Below are positions 29,589 through 40,082 of a stretch of 64,000 nucleotides of DNA, in pieces. The notes under the pieces were generated by a model. The model was not told the DNA's origin. It did no database searches and saw only the letters and a list, made by a program, of their open reading frames with translations. Positions within the stretch are counted from its first letter, which is position 1, and the number at the start of each line of letters is the position of its first letter. Source of the DNA: Candidatus Poribacteria bacterium. GTDB lineage: Bacteria > Poribacteria > WGA-4E > WGA-3G. Made by a program: the position numbers and the translations under genes. The stretch is from positions 704,001 to 768,000 of the forward strand of contig CAXXUA010000005.1 of assembly GCA_963663765.2 (NCBI GenBank), written 5' to 3'.

Positions 29589-31730
29589 TTATTTTGCGTC
29601 ATCTGTTTCGTTCATTATGGATGCGATGTCCCATTGCAGTACTGTGCCATCCCTACTTCCACTCACAAGCATCAAACCGTCTGAACTGAATGATAAGTTG
29701 GTTACCAATCCAGTATGTCCTTTGAGCATTTTCTTTTGTTCTCCAGTAATAGTGTCCCACAAATAGATTTGACCAGTCGACATCCCGTTAGCAAGTGTCC
29801 GACCATCTGGACTAAAAGTGACTCCATGGACGCTCTGGAAATGGACGTTCGGGAATTTCAGTACCCCTGTGGAACGTTCATTATTCCAGTTTGTGTCCGA
29901 GAGCATTTGCTTTTGCTGACCGGTCGTAACGTCCCACAATCGGACCGTCAGGTCCAAACCTCCACTTGCAAGTTTTTTCCCATCAGGACTGAAAGACATA
30001 CTTGAAATAGCTTTTGCATGTCTAAGAGTGTATTTGTGTTGTCCAATAGGAACATCCCACAAATCTATCTGATTAGTTTGATTATCCTTGTCTCTATCAT
30101 TGAAATGCCAAAAAAAGATTATTGCAAGTGTTTTACCATCTGGACTAAACAACATCTTAGCTACATCTCTTTTGTCGTTCATACGAAAATACTTGTATTT
30201 ACCAGTAGCAACATCCCAAACACTTAAACCCCCAATCTGCCTATAACGATGACTAAAACCCACAAGCGTTTTCCCATCTGGACTAAACACTGCTTTAGAA
30301 ATGGCTTGATACGATCCTGTGAAAGTCCTCTTGTGTTTGCCCGAAACTGCATCCCATAAGCGGATAATATAGTCCTGATGAACGCTTGCGAGCGTTTTAC
30401 CATCTGGACTGAACAACACCTCATGAACAGCAGTACGGTTTCCCTTAATTGTCATCATGTTCTCGCCTGTAGCAACGTCCCAAATACGGATAGTATTGTC
30501 GGAACTTCCACTTGCGAGTGTTTTACCATCTGGACTAAACACCACATCAGAAATTGTTTTCTTATGTTCACCAAGTGTTTTTTTGTATTTTCTTGTTTTG
30601 AGAGACCATAGATAGATGTCTTTGTTCCCTTTCACTGCAAATGTTTGCATATCTGGACTGATTTCTAAGTTCCAGTGCCAGAATGCAGTCAGATGTCCTT
30701 TGATTAATTTCTTTTGTTTTCCTGTAACAACATCCCATAAACAGAAAGTGCCATTGTTGCTATTCCAACATGCAAGGTTCTCTCCATCCGGACTAAACGC
30801 CACTACGCTCATAGGTGTATGGTTATTCCCTTTGATTATTTTGTTCTGTTTTCCTGTAGCAACATCCCACAAACGGATAGTTCTATCCTCTAACTCACTT
30901 GCGATTGTTTTACCATCTGGGCTGAACACCAAACTCCCCATATTTTTTCGCACTTTTATCGTATTTTTATGTTTTCCTGTGTTGACATCCCAAAAAAATA
31001 TCTTTTTTTCATACCCAACACTTGCGAGTGTTTTCCCATCTGGACTAAAAGATATCCCTGTAATAGATTCTTCATGTCCTTTGAGTATCAATTCTTGGTC
31101 ATCAACAGGACTATTAGACAATCTAATAGTCTTTCCATTTATAGTTGCGACTGTTAACTTATCGTTGTTGAACGACATTTGAGTTTGAACAGATGTATAC
31201 CCATCGAATATTTGCTTATGTGTGCCGGTGTTGATATCCCATAGATTGGTATCATGGATACTTGCACTTACAAGAGTTTTTCCATCCGGACTGAACACCA
31301 CCCTAAAGATTTCTGCTTCATGTCCTATGAAAGATTGCTTATGTGTACCAGAAGGAAGATCCCACAAGCGGACAATACCATCACCTCCTCCACTTGCAAG
31401 TGTTTTTTCATCCGGGCTGAGAGCTATAGTCTTAATACCGGCTGTGTTTGCCATCAGAATAGTGGATTTTTTACCATCAATTAAATCATAGAGCCAAATA
31501 CCAATACTCGTAACAAATACCAATAAATTGTTTTCATGTGAATACACTCTCTGATAGACATTACCTGAACCGATACGTGCTTTCGCACTGTCGGGAAGGT
31601 GCAACTGTGAGAAATCATAGGTAATGATTTCCGGTTCAAGTAATTCTTGCCTTGGCACAATATTTAGTACCACCAGAATGGAAACGATACCGATAATGAT
31701 AAAAAAAGTAAAAAACAGTGCTTTCATCAT
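29589..31730 (-). CDS. WD40-repeat protein (array gene 4)
   Basis: WD40 repeats; ATG 31730 after AAGGAG. Confidence 0.94.
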   Translation of the reverse strand: MMKALFFTFFIIIGIVSILVVLNIVPRQELLEPEIITYDFSQLHLPDSAKARIGSGNVYQRVYSHENNLLVFVTSIGIWLYDLIDGKKSTILMANTAGIKTIALSPDEKTLASGGGDGIVRLWDLPSGTHKQSFIGHEAEIFRVVFSPDGKTLVSASIHDTNLWDINTGTHKQIFDGYTSVQTQMSFNNDKLTVATINGKTIRLSNSPVDDQELILKGHEESITGISFSPDGKTLASVGYEKKIFFWDVNTGKHKNTIKVRKNMGSLVFSPDGKTIASELEDRTIRLWDVATGKQNKIIKGNNHTPMSVVAFSPDGENLACWNSNNGTFCLWDVVTGKQKKLIKGHLTAFWHWNLEISPDMQTFAVKGNKDIYLWSLKTRKYKKTLGEHKKTISDVVFSPDGKTLASGSSDNTIRIWDVATGENMMTIKGNRTAVHEVLFSPDGKTLASVHQDYIIRLWDAVSGKHKRTFTGSYQAISKAVFSPDGKTLVGFSHRYRQIGGLSVWDVATGKYKYFRMNDKRDVAKMLFSPDGKTLAIIFFWHFNDRDKDNQTNQIDLWDVPIGQHKYTLRHAKAISSMSFSPDGKKLASGGLDLTVRLWDVTTGQQKQMLSDTNWNNERSTGVLKFPNVHFQSVHGVTFSPDGRTLANGMSTGQIYLWDTITGEQKKMLKGHTGLVTNLSFSSDGLMLVSGSRDGTVLQWDIASIMNETDDAK

Positions 31731-31805
31731 GTGAAAAATCTCCTTTTGATGCTTATATAGCATAGGATCATGTTCCGCACCTGTTCACTTCCCACTACGT
31801 TTAGG

Positions 31806-33791
31806 TTATTTTGAACTACCCGAAGTGTTAAGTATGGATGTGGTGTCCCACAGCAGTACCGTGCCATCTCCTCCTCCACTTGCAATTGTTTTTCCATCCG
31901 GACTGAACGCCACACTCCACACCATTGAGGTATGTCCTTTGAGTGTCCCCATGTGCTGTCCTTTGACAACATCCCAAAGATGAATCATCTTCCACAATTT
32001 AGTCCTATGTTTTACATCACCACTTTCACTTGCTAATGTATTTCCATCGGAGTTAAACATTATGTTCCATTTAATTGGGTAATGTCCTAAAGGTTTTTTG
32101 TATCCTGCAAGTGCATGCTTCTGCTCAGCTGTTTCTAAATTCCATAAACGGACGGTACAATCCACACCTGTGCTTGCTATCGTATTTTGATCTGGACTGA
32201 ATATGACGGTTTGGACCTCATCAGTATGTCCAGTGAAGGTTTGTAAGTGTTCTCCTTTGCTCGTGTCCCACAAACGAATGTTCCCGTTCTGGCTCCCACT
32301 CAAAAGCATTGTTCCATCGGCATTGAACGAGAGACTTGTGACACTTGCGGAATGTCCTGTTAGGGTTTTGATTTGTTTTTTTGAAGCAGAGTCCCAAAAC
32401 CGTATTGTTTTGTCGCGACTGCCACTGGCTAAAATTTTCCCATCGGGACTAAATGCCACACTTTCAACAAAATCCGTATGTCCATCAAGTTTATCCGTAA
32501 GTTTTCCAGTATGTGTATCCCATAAGTAGATAAGTTTGTCTCCCTTCTGATGTTTAGTGCTGCCATGTATCTTCATATCCCCACTTGTGCTTGCAAGCGT
32601 TTTTCCATCTGGACTAAACGAGACGTTTTCAACAGACATTTTATTTTTCGGATCATCACTAATCAAGTTTTGATTTATAAGATCTTTTTTATGTTTTCCA
32701 GTTTTTGTGTCCCATAAGCGGATGGTCTCGTCTTCACCTGTACTTGCAAGTGTTTCACTATCCAGACTAAACGAGATTCCTCTTACAATGTAAGCATATC
32801 CTTTGAGTGTTTTTTTACGTTTCAATGTTTTTATGTCCCACAAGTGGATGATATGGTGCGAACTTGCGCTTGCGAGGGTTTTCCCATCTGGACTAAACGC
32901 CACGATAGCAACATGTTCCGTGTGGTGAAATATTTTCTTAAGCTTTCCACTGTGGACATCCCATAAACGGACAGTTTCATCTGTACTTCCAGATGCAAGT
33001 ATATTTCCATTCTTGCTGAAAGAGATGCTATTGACAGTTTCCGTATGTCCATTAAGTGTATTCTTGAGTGTTCCCGTTTCTATATCCCATAAACGGACAG
33101 ATAGGTCTTTACCACAACTTGCGAGCATTTTACTGTCGTTACTGAACACTACACTTATTACATCTTCTGTATGTCCTGTGAGTTCTTGTTTTACTTTTCC
33201 AGTGTTAACATCTAATAGTCGGATGATATCATCCCCACTACCACTTACGAGTGTTTGTCCATCCGGACTGATAGTCATACATGTGAGAAAATTTGGATGC
33301 TCTACGGTTGTCCTAATTTTAGACCCTGTTTCTACATCCCACAAGTGAATCTCATAGAAATCTTGAATAGCGAGTGTTAACCCATCAGGACTAAGCATGA
33401 CATGTTGGAAACGACTCAGAGCATCTTTGAATGTTCGTTTGTGTGTTCTTGTTGTAATATCCCACAGTGTACCGTATCCATAACTCCCACTTGCAAGGAT
33501 TACGCCATCTGGACTAAACGAGATGCTACTAACAGAATCTACGCCATTCGTAAGTAAAGCAATCTCTTGCAAGGTATTCGCCTCATATAGCCAGATACCG
33601 ATTGAACCTGACACTGCTAACAAGTTGCCATCTGGTGAATACTTCATATCATTGATTGTGCCTTTACCGAGACGGATTTTTGCATCATCGGGTAGATGCC
33701 ATTGTGTGTAGTCTTGGGCAGGGGTAGACGGTATGAAAAGCAGGAAAAAAATAAGCAACAACCAAAAACTTGAAAACAACGTTTTTTTCAT
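31806..33791 (-). CDS. Secreted WD40-repeat protein (array gene 3), paralog of 27278-29263
   Basis: Same 661-aa length and near-identical N-terminus. Confidence 0.95.
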   Translation of the reverse strand: MKKTLFSSFWLLLIFFLLFIPSTPAQDYTQWHLPDDAKIRLGKGTINDMKYSPDGNLLAVSGSIGIWLYEANTLQEIALLTNGVDSVSSISFSPDGVILASGSYGYGTLWDITTRTHKRTFKDALSRFQHVMLSPDGLTLAIQDFYEIHLWDVETGSKIRTTVEHPNFLTCMTISPDGQTLVSGSGDDIIRLLDVNTGKVKQELTGHTEDVISVVFSNDSKMLASCGKDLSVRLWDIETGTLKNTLNGHTETVNSISFSKNGNILASGSTDETVRLWDVHSGKLKKIFHHTEHVAIVAFSPDGKTLASASSHHIIHLWDIKTLKRKKTLKGYAYIVRGISFSLDSETLASTGEDETIRLWDTKTGKHKKDLINQNLISDDPKNKMSVENVSFSPDGKTLASTSGDMKIHGSTKHQKGDKLIYLWDTHTGKLTDKLDGHTDFVESVAFSPDGKILASGSRDKTIRFWDSASKKQIKTLTGHSASVTSLSFNADGTMLLSGSQNGNIRLWDTSKGEHLQTFTGHTDEVQTVIFSPDQNTIASTGVDCTVRLWNLETAEQKHALAGYKKPLGHYPIKWNIMFNSDGNTLASESGDVKHRTKLWKMIHLWDVVKGQHMGTLKGHTSMVWSVAFSPDGKTIASGGGDGTVLLWDTTSILNTSGSSK

Positions 33792-33833
33792 CTGAAACTT
33801 CTCCTTATGGCATTCTACAATATTGTATTGGTA

Positions 33834-35789
33834 TTACTTTGCGTCATCTGTCTCGTTCATTATGGATGCGATGTCCCATAGCAGTACTGTGCCATCCGCA
33901 CTTGCACTTGCGAGGGTTTGTCCGTCAGGACTGAATTTTACACTGAAGACCCAGTGCTTATGTCCTCTGAGTGTTCTCTCGTGTTCGCCTGTTGAAACAT
34001 CCCATAGGCGTATAGTTACATCCCAACTCCCACTTGCTAACGTTTTTCCATCTGGACTGAACGACAAACTATTTACAATAGAGATATGCCCATTAAGTGT
34101 TTTTAAGTGTTCACCTGTGGCAGTATTCCACAATTTAACATCATTCTGGTCACTGCTTGCGAGTATCTTCCCATCTGGGCTGAATGCCACACTTGAAATA
34201 CCAGATGTATGTCCAGTGATGGTTTTCTTATGTTCACCGGTCACTACATCCCACAATCGGACGGTTTTGTCATCCCCGCCGCTCCCACTTGCAAGCGTCT
34301 GTCCATCCGGATTAAATGTAATTATCCTAACAGCATCTGTATGTCCCTTTATAGTTTTCTTATGTCTGCCTGTTGCTGCATCCCACAACCGGATTGTTCT
34401 ATCGTTACTTGAACTTGCAAGCGATTTCCCATCTGGACTAAACGTCACGCTTCTGATAGTGGAATAAGTATCTTTCCCAGAGACATGTCCCTTTATGACT
34501 TTCTTAAGCTTACCTGTGTTGGTGTCCCATAGTCGGATGGTTTCGTCCACACTTCCACTCGCGAGGGTATACTCTTTAGGATTGAACGTTATGCAATCAA
34601 CCGATCCTTTATGACCTGTAAGTGTTTTCTTGTATAGCACTTCAACAACATCCCAAAGTTGTACCTCTTTGGAGGCACCAATTGCGAGGATTTGTCCATC
34701 AAAACTAAAGGATACACATGAGATAGGTGCTATATGTCCAGTAATTGTTTTCTTGTGTTTTCCTGTCGTAATATCCCACAGGTGTAAGATATGGTCGTTG
34801 CTCCAACTTGCAAGCGTCTTTCCATCAGTACTGAAGGCTACATGCTCCACATCAGCCGTATGTTTATTAAATGTGTACTTGAGTTTACCTGCATCAATAT
34901 CCCACACACGGACGGTATCATCTCGACTTGCACTTGCCAACAAGCGTGCATCGCTACTAAACACCATGCTGTTGATACTTTTTTTATGTCCCTTAAAAGT
35001 TCTCTTATGTGTGCCAGACGCGACATTCCATAAACGGATGGTTGTATCCCAACTTCCACTCGCAAGTGTCTGTCCATCTGGACTGAATGATAGACTTTTG
35101 ACCCTTTTATTATGTCCAGTAAGAGACATCTTAACCTGTTTTGTGATTAGATCTGATAATTGAACGTCTTTATCATCTCCAGAGGCAAGCATCATATCAA
35201 TTCCATCGATCCATAACGTATTTTCCTGAGCTGTATATCCTCGTATTGTTTTTTTGTGTGTGCCAGTGGTAACATCCCACAAATTAGTACCATGTATACT
35301 CATGCTTGCAAGTATTTTCCCATCACGACTAAATAACACCTTAGAAATACTTGCTTTATGTCCTACAAAAGACTGTTTACGTTTACCCGTAGCAACATTC
35401 CATAAGTAGACGATTTTGTCTGCTCCTGCTCCAGCAAGCGTTTGCCCATCGGGACTGAATGAAATACTTGAGATACCGTAGTTATCCCCTTTTAGCAGCA
35501 TGTGTGTTTCATAGGTGGAAGTATTATAGAGCCAAATACCGGTAGTGGTAGCAACGGCTAAAACGGAACCATCATCAGAAAAAGCCATATCCATTACACT
35601 ACCTTTCCCGATACGAACTTTTGCCCCTGCAGGTAGATTCCATTGCGAGGTTTCACGAAGGATTGTCTCATGTTGTGAAGTTTCATGAAGGATCGTTTTA
35701 GGTTGAAATTGTGTTAAAACAATACCCAGAATTAGAATAGTAAAAACTGCTCCCAGAATTAAATAAATTGAACGCTTCTTCATTTTCAT
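33834..35789 (-). CDS. WD40-repeat protein (array gene 2)
   Basis: Canonical WD40 repeats; ATG 35789 after AAGGAG. Confidence 0.94.
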   Translation of the reverse strand: MKMKKRSIYLILGAVFTILILGIVLTQFQPKTILHETSQHETILRETSQWNLPAGAKVRIGKGSVMDMAFSDDGSVLAVATTTGIWLYNTSTYETHMLLKGDNYGISSISFSPDGQTLAGAGADKIVYLWNVATGKRKQSFVGHKASISKVLFSRDGKILASMSIHGTNLWDVTTGTHKKTIRGYTAQENTLWIDGIDMMLASGDDKDVQLSDLITKQVKMSLTGHNKRVKSLSFSPDGQTLASGSWDTTIRLWNVASGTHKRTFKGHKKSINSMVFSSDARLLASASRDDTVRVWDIDAGKLKYTFNKHTADVEHVAFSTDGKTLASWSNDHILHLWDITTGKHKKTITGHIAPISCVSFSFDGQILAIGASKEVQLWDVVEVLYKKTLTGHKGSVDCITFNPKEYTLASGSVDETIRLWDTNTGKLKKVIKGHVSGKDTYSTIRSVTFSPDGKSLASSSNDRTIRLWDAATGRHKKTIKGHTDAVRIITFNPDGQTLASGSGGDDKTVRLWDVVTGEHKKTITGHTSGISSVAFSPDGKILASSDQNDVKLWNTATGEHLKTLNGHISIVNSLSFSPDGKTLASGSWDVTIRLWDVSTGEHERTLRGHKHWVFSVKFSPDGQTLASASADGTVLLWDIASIMNETDDAK

Positions 35790-35914
35790 CAAACAATCTC
35801 CTTGTGGCACTTGATATATAGTCGATTTTAGAATATCCTGAACACACGGACTGCGTGTGTTATAGCACAACCTGTATGAATATTAATAAGTACTTTGGGT
35901 AATTCTCCTAATCC

Positions 35915-36050
35915 AACCCTGGTAGGCGGGGAATACCTAAATGGCATTCATACCGTTGATTTCTTGATTTCTTGATTTCTTGATTTGGTGCTTGTAAGTG
36001 CGCTGTTGAGTTTTGACATACCGGCGCGCTTACAAAGCACGCCTACAGGG
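35915..36050. repeat. GTAGGCGTGC REP doublet with a 60-bp micro-element at 35928-35987
   Basis: ggtaggc[insert]gtgcttgtaag ... cttacaaagcacgcctac inverted pair. Confidence 0.85.
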
Positions 36051-36152
36051 TTTGGTGAAAATTAGAATTACCGAATTAGTAAATTAATCTTCATTTAGGT
36101 TGTGCAGAAATGGACAAATTTCTATATCTACAATGTACGTAAATTGAAAATG

Positions 36153-38537
36153 CTATTTCTTGTAATGCCTGTACTTTTCTGAGAAATCAAAAGTGTTAAT
36201 TATAGAAGGCATATCCCACACAAGCACAGTTCCGTCTTTACTCCCACTCACGAGAGTTTTTCCATCAGCACTGAAAGATAGGGTAGAAACATTTTTAGCA
36301 TGTCCGCTCAGTACTTTTTTACGTTCTCCAGTTACTAAATCCCACAACTGGACATTTTCCTGTCCAATACTGGCAAGCTCACTTGCTGCCTTACTTGCCA
36401 GTACCAAACCATTAGGATAGAAAAATACACGCCAATTGGTTTTCTTATATCCAGCGATTGCCTGCTTTTGCTGTCCTGTTTCAACATCCCACAGACGAAT
36501 TGAACCGTCCATACTTGTGCTTGCGAGAGTGAGTCCATCTGGACTGAAAGTTATGCTGGAGATAGCACCTGCATGTCCGTTGAATGTTCCTTTTCGTTTT
36601 GCTGTGACAACATCCCACAAGTAGATGGAACCATCCTGATTACCACTTGCAAGTGTGGCACTATCCGAACTGAAAGCAGTAATAGAGACATTAGAAGAAT
36701 TTCCAACGATAGACTTAACTGGGTTTGAAATAGTTTGCTTGTGTTTACCGGTGACAACATCCCATAAGCGTAAAGTTCTGTCTTGGCTCCCACTTACAAG
36801 TGTTTTTCCATCTGGACTAAACGCGACACAGTTAATCTTATTCGTATGGCCTTTGAGTATGCCTTTAAGCTTTCCTGTTGTGGTATTCCATAAATGGATG
36901 TTATGCTCATTACTCACATTTGTAAATGTGCGACCTGGTTTGTTCACGTTGGTCGTTTTGGTCCTTTCTTGATCAATACTCACATTTGCAAGTGTGCGAC
37001 CATCAGGACTGAAGGAAACACCAGAGATAGTTATCGGATTATAGACTGAAGCTTTTGCTTTCTGTTGTGTCATAAGGGTGTGTTTGTATTTACCTGTATT
37101 TGCATCCCACAGTTGTATGATACCTTCTGCATTCGCTGCCACGAGGGTATCACTGTCTGGACTAAATAAAATGTTACTTCCCCGTAGGTAAATAACCTTC
37201 TGAGCTTCTGTTACAAGAGATTGGTACTGTCCCGTGCTTGTATCGCATAGGAAAATTGTGTTGTTACGGTTAATGCTTGCAACTTTACTACCATCAGGAC
37301 TCAGCGAGATACTTGTGTGATCGGGTATTAAACCTGCGTAATCTCTATAATAATATCCTATAATACTTTTCTCGTGTTTGAGGTTAGTGAGATCCCACAA
37401 GTGAATGGTATGATCCATACCCGCAGTAGCGAGTGTCTTCCCATCAGTACTTAGGCAGATGTTTCTGAGATAATAGGTGTGGTCCGCGAATTGTTTGTGT
37501 TTACCTGTAGCAATATCCCATAGGCGAAGTGTGCCGCCTTGAGTAAAACCTATAACAGACCGTTTATCCGGACTGAACAGCAAGGTTTTTATCTTTTTTT
37601 CATAGTCGGTTTGCGTTACATCTGTATCTTGGCTGGAGAAAGTTTGCTTGAGCGAACCTGTCGTTGTATCCCACAAGCGAATCGTATTGTTGAGTTCCAC
37701 AGTTGCAAGTGTGCTACCATCCGGACTGAAAAAAAGTTCTTCAATTATTTCTGTCGGTTCAAGTGGTTCAGTTATCAAACCTTGATCGGCAAATGTCCTT
37801 TTACGTTCTCCTGTGGATATATCCCATAAATAGACTGTCTTGTCATCGCTGACACTTGTAAACGTGCTACCATCCGGACTGAATGAAAGTTTGGTGACAG
37901 ATGCTGTATGTCTTGTGAGTGTTTTCTTGTGTTCCCCAGTGTCAACATCCCAAAGGCAGATTGTGTGATCCTTACTGCCACTTGCAAGTGTTTGACCATC
38001 TGGACTAAACGACAAACTACGTAAATATTCCTTATGTTTTTTGAGGATGTGTTTGGACTCACCTGAACCCACATCCCATAGTTGAATATCTTTGTAATCT
38101 ATACATGCAAATGTCTGTCCATCTGGACTGAACAAAATGAAATCGCTACTAAAAAGACTATTTGTTGGGATTTTCTTAAATGTTCCCGCGTTTACATCCC
38201 ACAGTTTAATTCCTCCTCTACCCCTAGTACTTGCAAGCGTATTTCCATCCGGACTGAAAGAGAAGATCCTATTAGCGTAATATGGGTAATTACTATCACT
38301 AAATAGAGCGAGTTCTTTGAAAGTATTGGTATCATATATCCAAATACCGAAAGATGTAGCAACAGCGAGTCGAGTATCATCTGGCGAATACTTCATATTC
38401 TCTATTAAACCTTTTCCAAGTCGTAACTTAGCACCATCGGGCAAACTCCAACGCGTGTGATCTTGTGCAGAGATATTCCAGGCAAATGAAAAAGTTGTAA
38501 TAAGGATGGTTGAAAACAAAAATATTCTGTTTTTCAT
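36153..38537 (-). CDS. Secreted WD40-repeat protein (array gene 1)
   Basis: Signal peptide ..SAQDHTRWSLPDGAKLRLGKG; WD40 repeats. Confidence 0.95.
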   Translation of the reverse strand: MKNRIFLFSTILITTFSFAWNISAQDHTRWSLPDGAKLRLGKGLIENMKYSPDDTRLAVATSFGIWIYDTNTFKELALFSDSNYPYYANRIFSFSPDGNTLASTRGRGGIKLWDVNAGTFKKIPTNSLFSSDFILFSPDGQTFACIDYKDIQLWDVGSGESKHILKKHKEYLRSLSFSPDGQTLASGSKDHTICLWDVDTGEHKKTLTRHTASVTKLSFSPDGSTFTSVSDDKTVYLWDISTGERKRTFADQGLITEPLEPTEIIEELFFSPDGSTLATVELNNTIRLWDTTTGSLKQTFSSQDTDVTQTDYEKKIKTLLFSPDKRSVIGFTQGGTLRLWDIATGKHKQFADHTYYLRNICLSTDGKTLATAGMDHTIHLWDLTNLKHEKSIIGYYYRDYAGLIPDHTSISLSPDGSKVASINRNNTIFLCDTSTGQYQSLVTEAQKVIYLRGSNILFSPDSDTLVAANAEGIIQLWDANTGKYKHTLMTQQKAKASVYNPITISGVSFSPDGRTLANVSIDQERTKTTNVNKPGRTFTNVSNEHNIHLWNTTTGKLKGILKGHTNKINCVAFSPDGKTLVSGSQDRTLRLWDVVTGKHKQTISNPVKSIVGNSSNVSITAFSSDSATLASGNQDGSIYLWDVVTAKRKGTFNGHAGAISSITFSPDGLTLASTSMDGSIRLWDVETGQQKQAIAGYKKTNWRVFFYPNGLVLASKAASELASIGQENVQLWDLVTGERKKVLSGHAKNVSTLSFSADGKTLVSGSKDGTVLVWDMPSIINTFDFSEKYRHYKK

Positions 38538-38802
38538 AGGAAGGGACTCCAGTTATACTAATTGGGATGTTATAACATTGTAGACACAATCTGTTGAGGA
38601 TGTAGTTAGTATATCATATAACAGTTTAATCTCAAGTTATTTTGTTCAATGAGGGTGTGGAATGTCTTTGGTATTTGTCTTTTCAGAATCGCGGATTACG
38701 CGGATTGCGCGGAATATTGAGTCTTCACTTACAAATCCCGTTTCAAACATTGTATGCAAACTCTTTAGGACTTACGCAGTAATGCTTGATTTTCCCATAC
38801 CC

Positions 38803-39705
38803 ATAGGTGTCAACTTAGCGATTCATATTATTGTAGGAGGGAAACCTTGAAATCCCGATTTTCTCACTCAAGGTAGGCGTGCTTTGTAAGCACGCCACCC
38901 AACTGCCACCCACCTGCAGGCGTGCTTTGTAAGCGCGCCACTCAACTGCCACCCAACTGCACCCCAATTGCAGCCGTGCTTTGTAAGCGCGCCACCCAAG
39001 CGCGCCACCCAACTGCAGCCGTGCTTTGTAAGCGCGCCACCACCTGCCACCCAACTGCAGGCGTGCTTTGTAAGCGCGCCACCCAACTGCAGCCGTGCTT
39101 TGTAAGCGCGCCACCTAACTGCAGCCGTGCTTTGTAAGCGCGCCACCCAATTGCAGCCGTGCTTTGTAAGCACGCCACCTAACTGCAGCCGTGCTTTGTA
39201 AGCACGCCACCTAACTGCAGCCGTGCTTTGTAAGCACGCCACCCAACTGCACCCCAATTGCAGCCGTGCTTTGTAAGCGCGCCACCACCTGCCACCCAAC
39301 TGCAGCCGTGCTTTGTAAGCGCGCCACCCAACTGCAGCCGTGCTTTGTAAGCACGCCACCCAAGCGCGCCACCCAACTGCAGCCGTGCTTTGTAAGCGCG
39401 CCACCACCTGCCACCCAACTGCAGCCGTGCTTTGTAAGCGCGCCACCCGACTGCAGGCGTGCTTTGTAAGCGCGCCACCAATGATAGCAGTGCTTTGTAA
39501 GCGCGCCACCCAACTGCACCCCAATTGCAGCCGTGCTTTGTAAGCGCGCCACCAATGGTAGCAGTGCTTTGTAAGCGCGCCACCAATGGTAGCAGTGCTT
39601 TGTAAGCGCGCCACCCAACTGCACCCCAATTGCAGCCGTGCTTTGTAAGCGCGCCTACCGAGATGGGGTATTTAGCAGTTGACTTTTTCTTAAGTTGACA
39701 CCTAT
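38803..39705. mobile_element. MITE family 2 shell with about 21 tandem gtgctttgtaagc(g/a)cgcc units (31-55 bp period)
   Basis: TIR ataggtgtcaactta/taagttgacacctat; array 38872-39660 opened by ggtaggc and closed by gcctacc. Confidence 0.88.
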
Positions 39706-39727
39706 GGGTTTTAATTTTCCCATACCC

Positions 39728-39868
39728 ATAGGTGTCAACTTAAGGATTTTACCTCTTGTGGGAGGGGTTTTCAACCCCGATTTTTTAGTGCATTTCCGCT
39801 CAAATCGGGGTTGAAAACCCCTCCCACAAGAGAATATGCCAACACTTTTTTCTTAAGTTGACACCTAT
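39728..39868. mobile_element. MITE family 2 copy (141 bp)
   Basis: Inverted near-copy of 10986-11126. Confidence 0.9.
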
Positions 39869-40082
39869 AGGTTTTAATTTTCCCATACCCCAAACAGAGG
39901 TATTTGATACCTTCATATATTAAAGACACAGTATTAGATTGAAAAGGGTGCATAATAAGAAAATTTTTACTAAATTTACGACTTGTGTCAGTTAATTATA
40001 TTTATGTAATATTCTATTTTACTTGGTTTATCAATTTGCTGATTTCTCTTTACTTTAATCCATCCTTATGCTTTTCTTTATT

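Noticed and set aside
33823-35163. Long antisense ORFs over WD40 genes (and similar ones over nuo, acs and sppA)
   Set aside because: Shadow frames of well-supported genes on the opposite strand.
19933-38537. Diversity-generating retroelement acting on WD40 genes
   Set aside because: No reverse transcriptase in the window, and no template/variable repeat pair with adenine-specific differences was seen.
38815-39629. Overlapping ORFs (WRAYKARLQ repeats) or a CRISPR array
   Set aside because: Open frames arise from a stop-poor tandem repeat; linkers are recurrent modules; no RBS or protein-like features.
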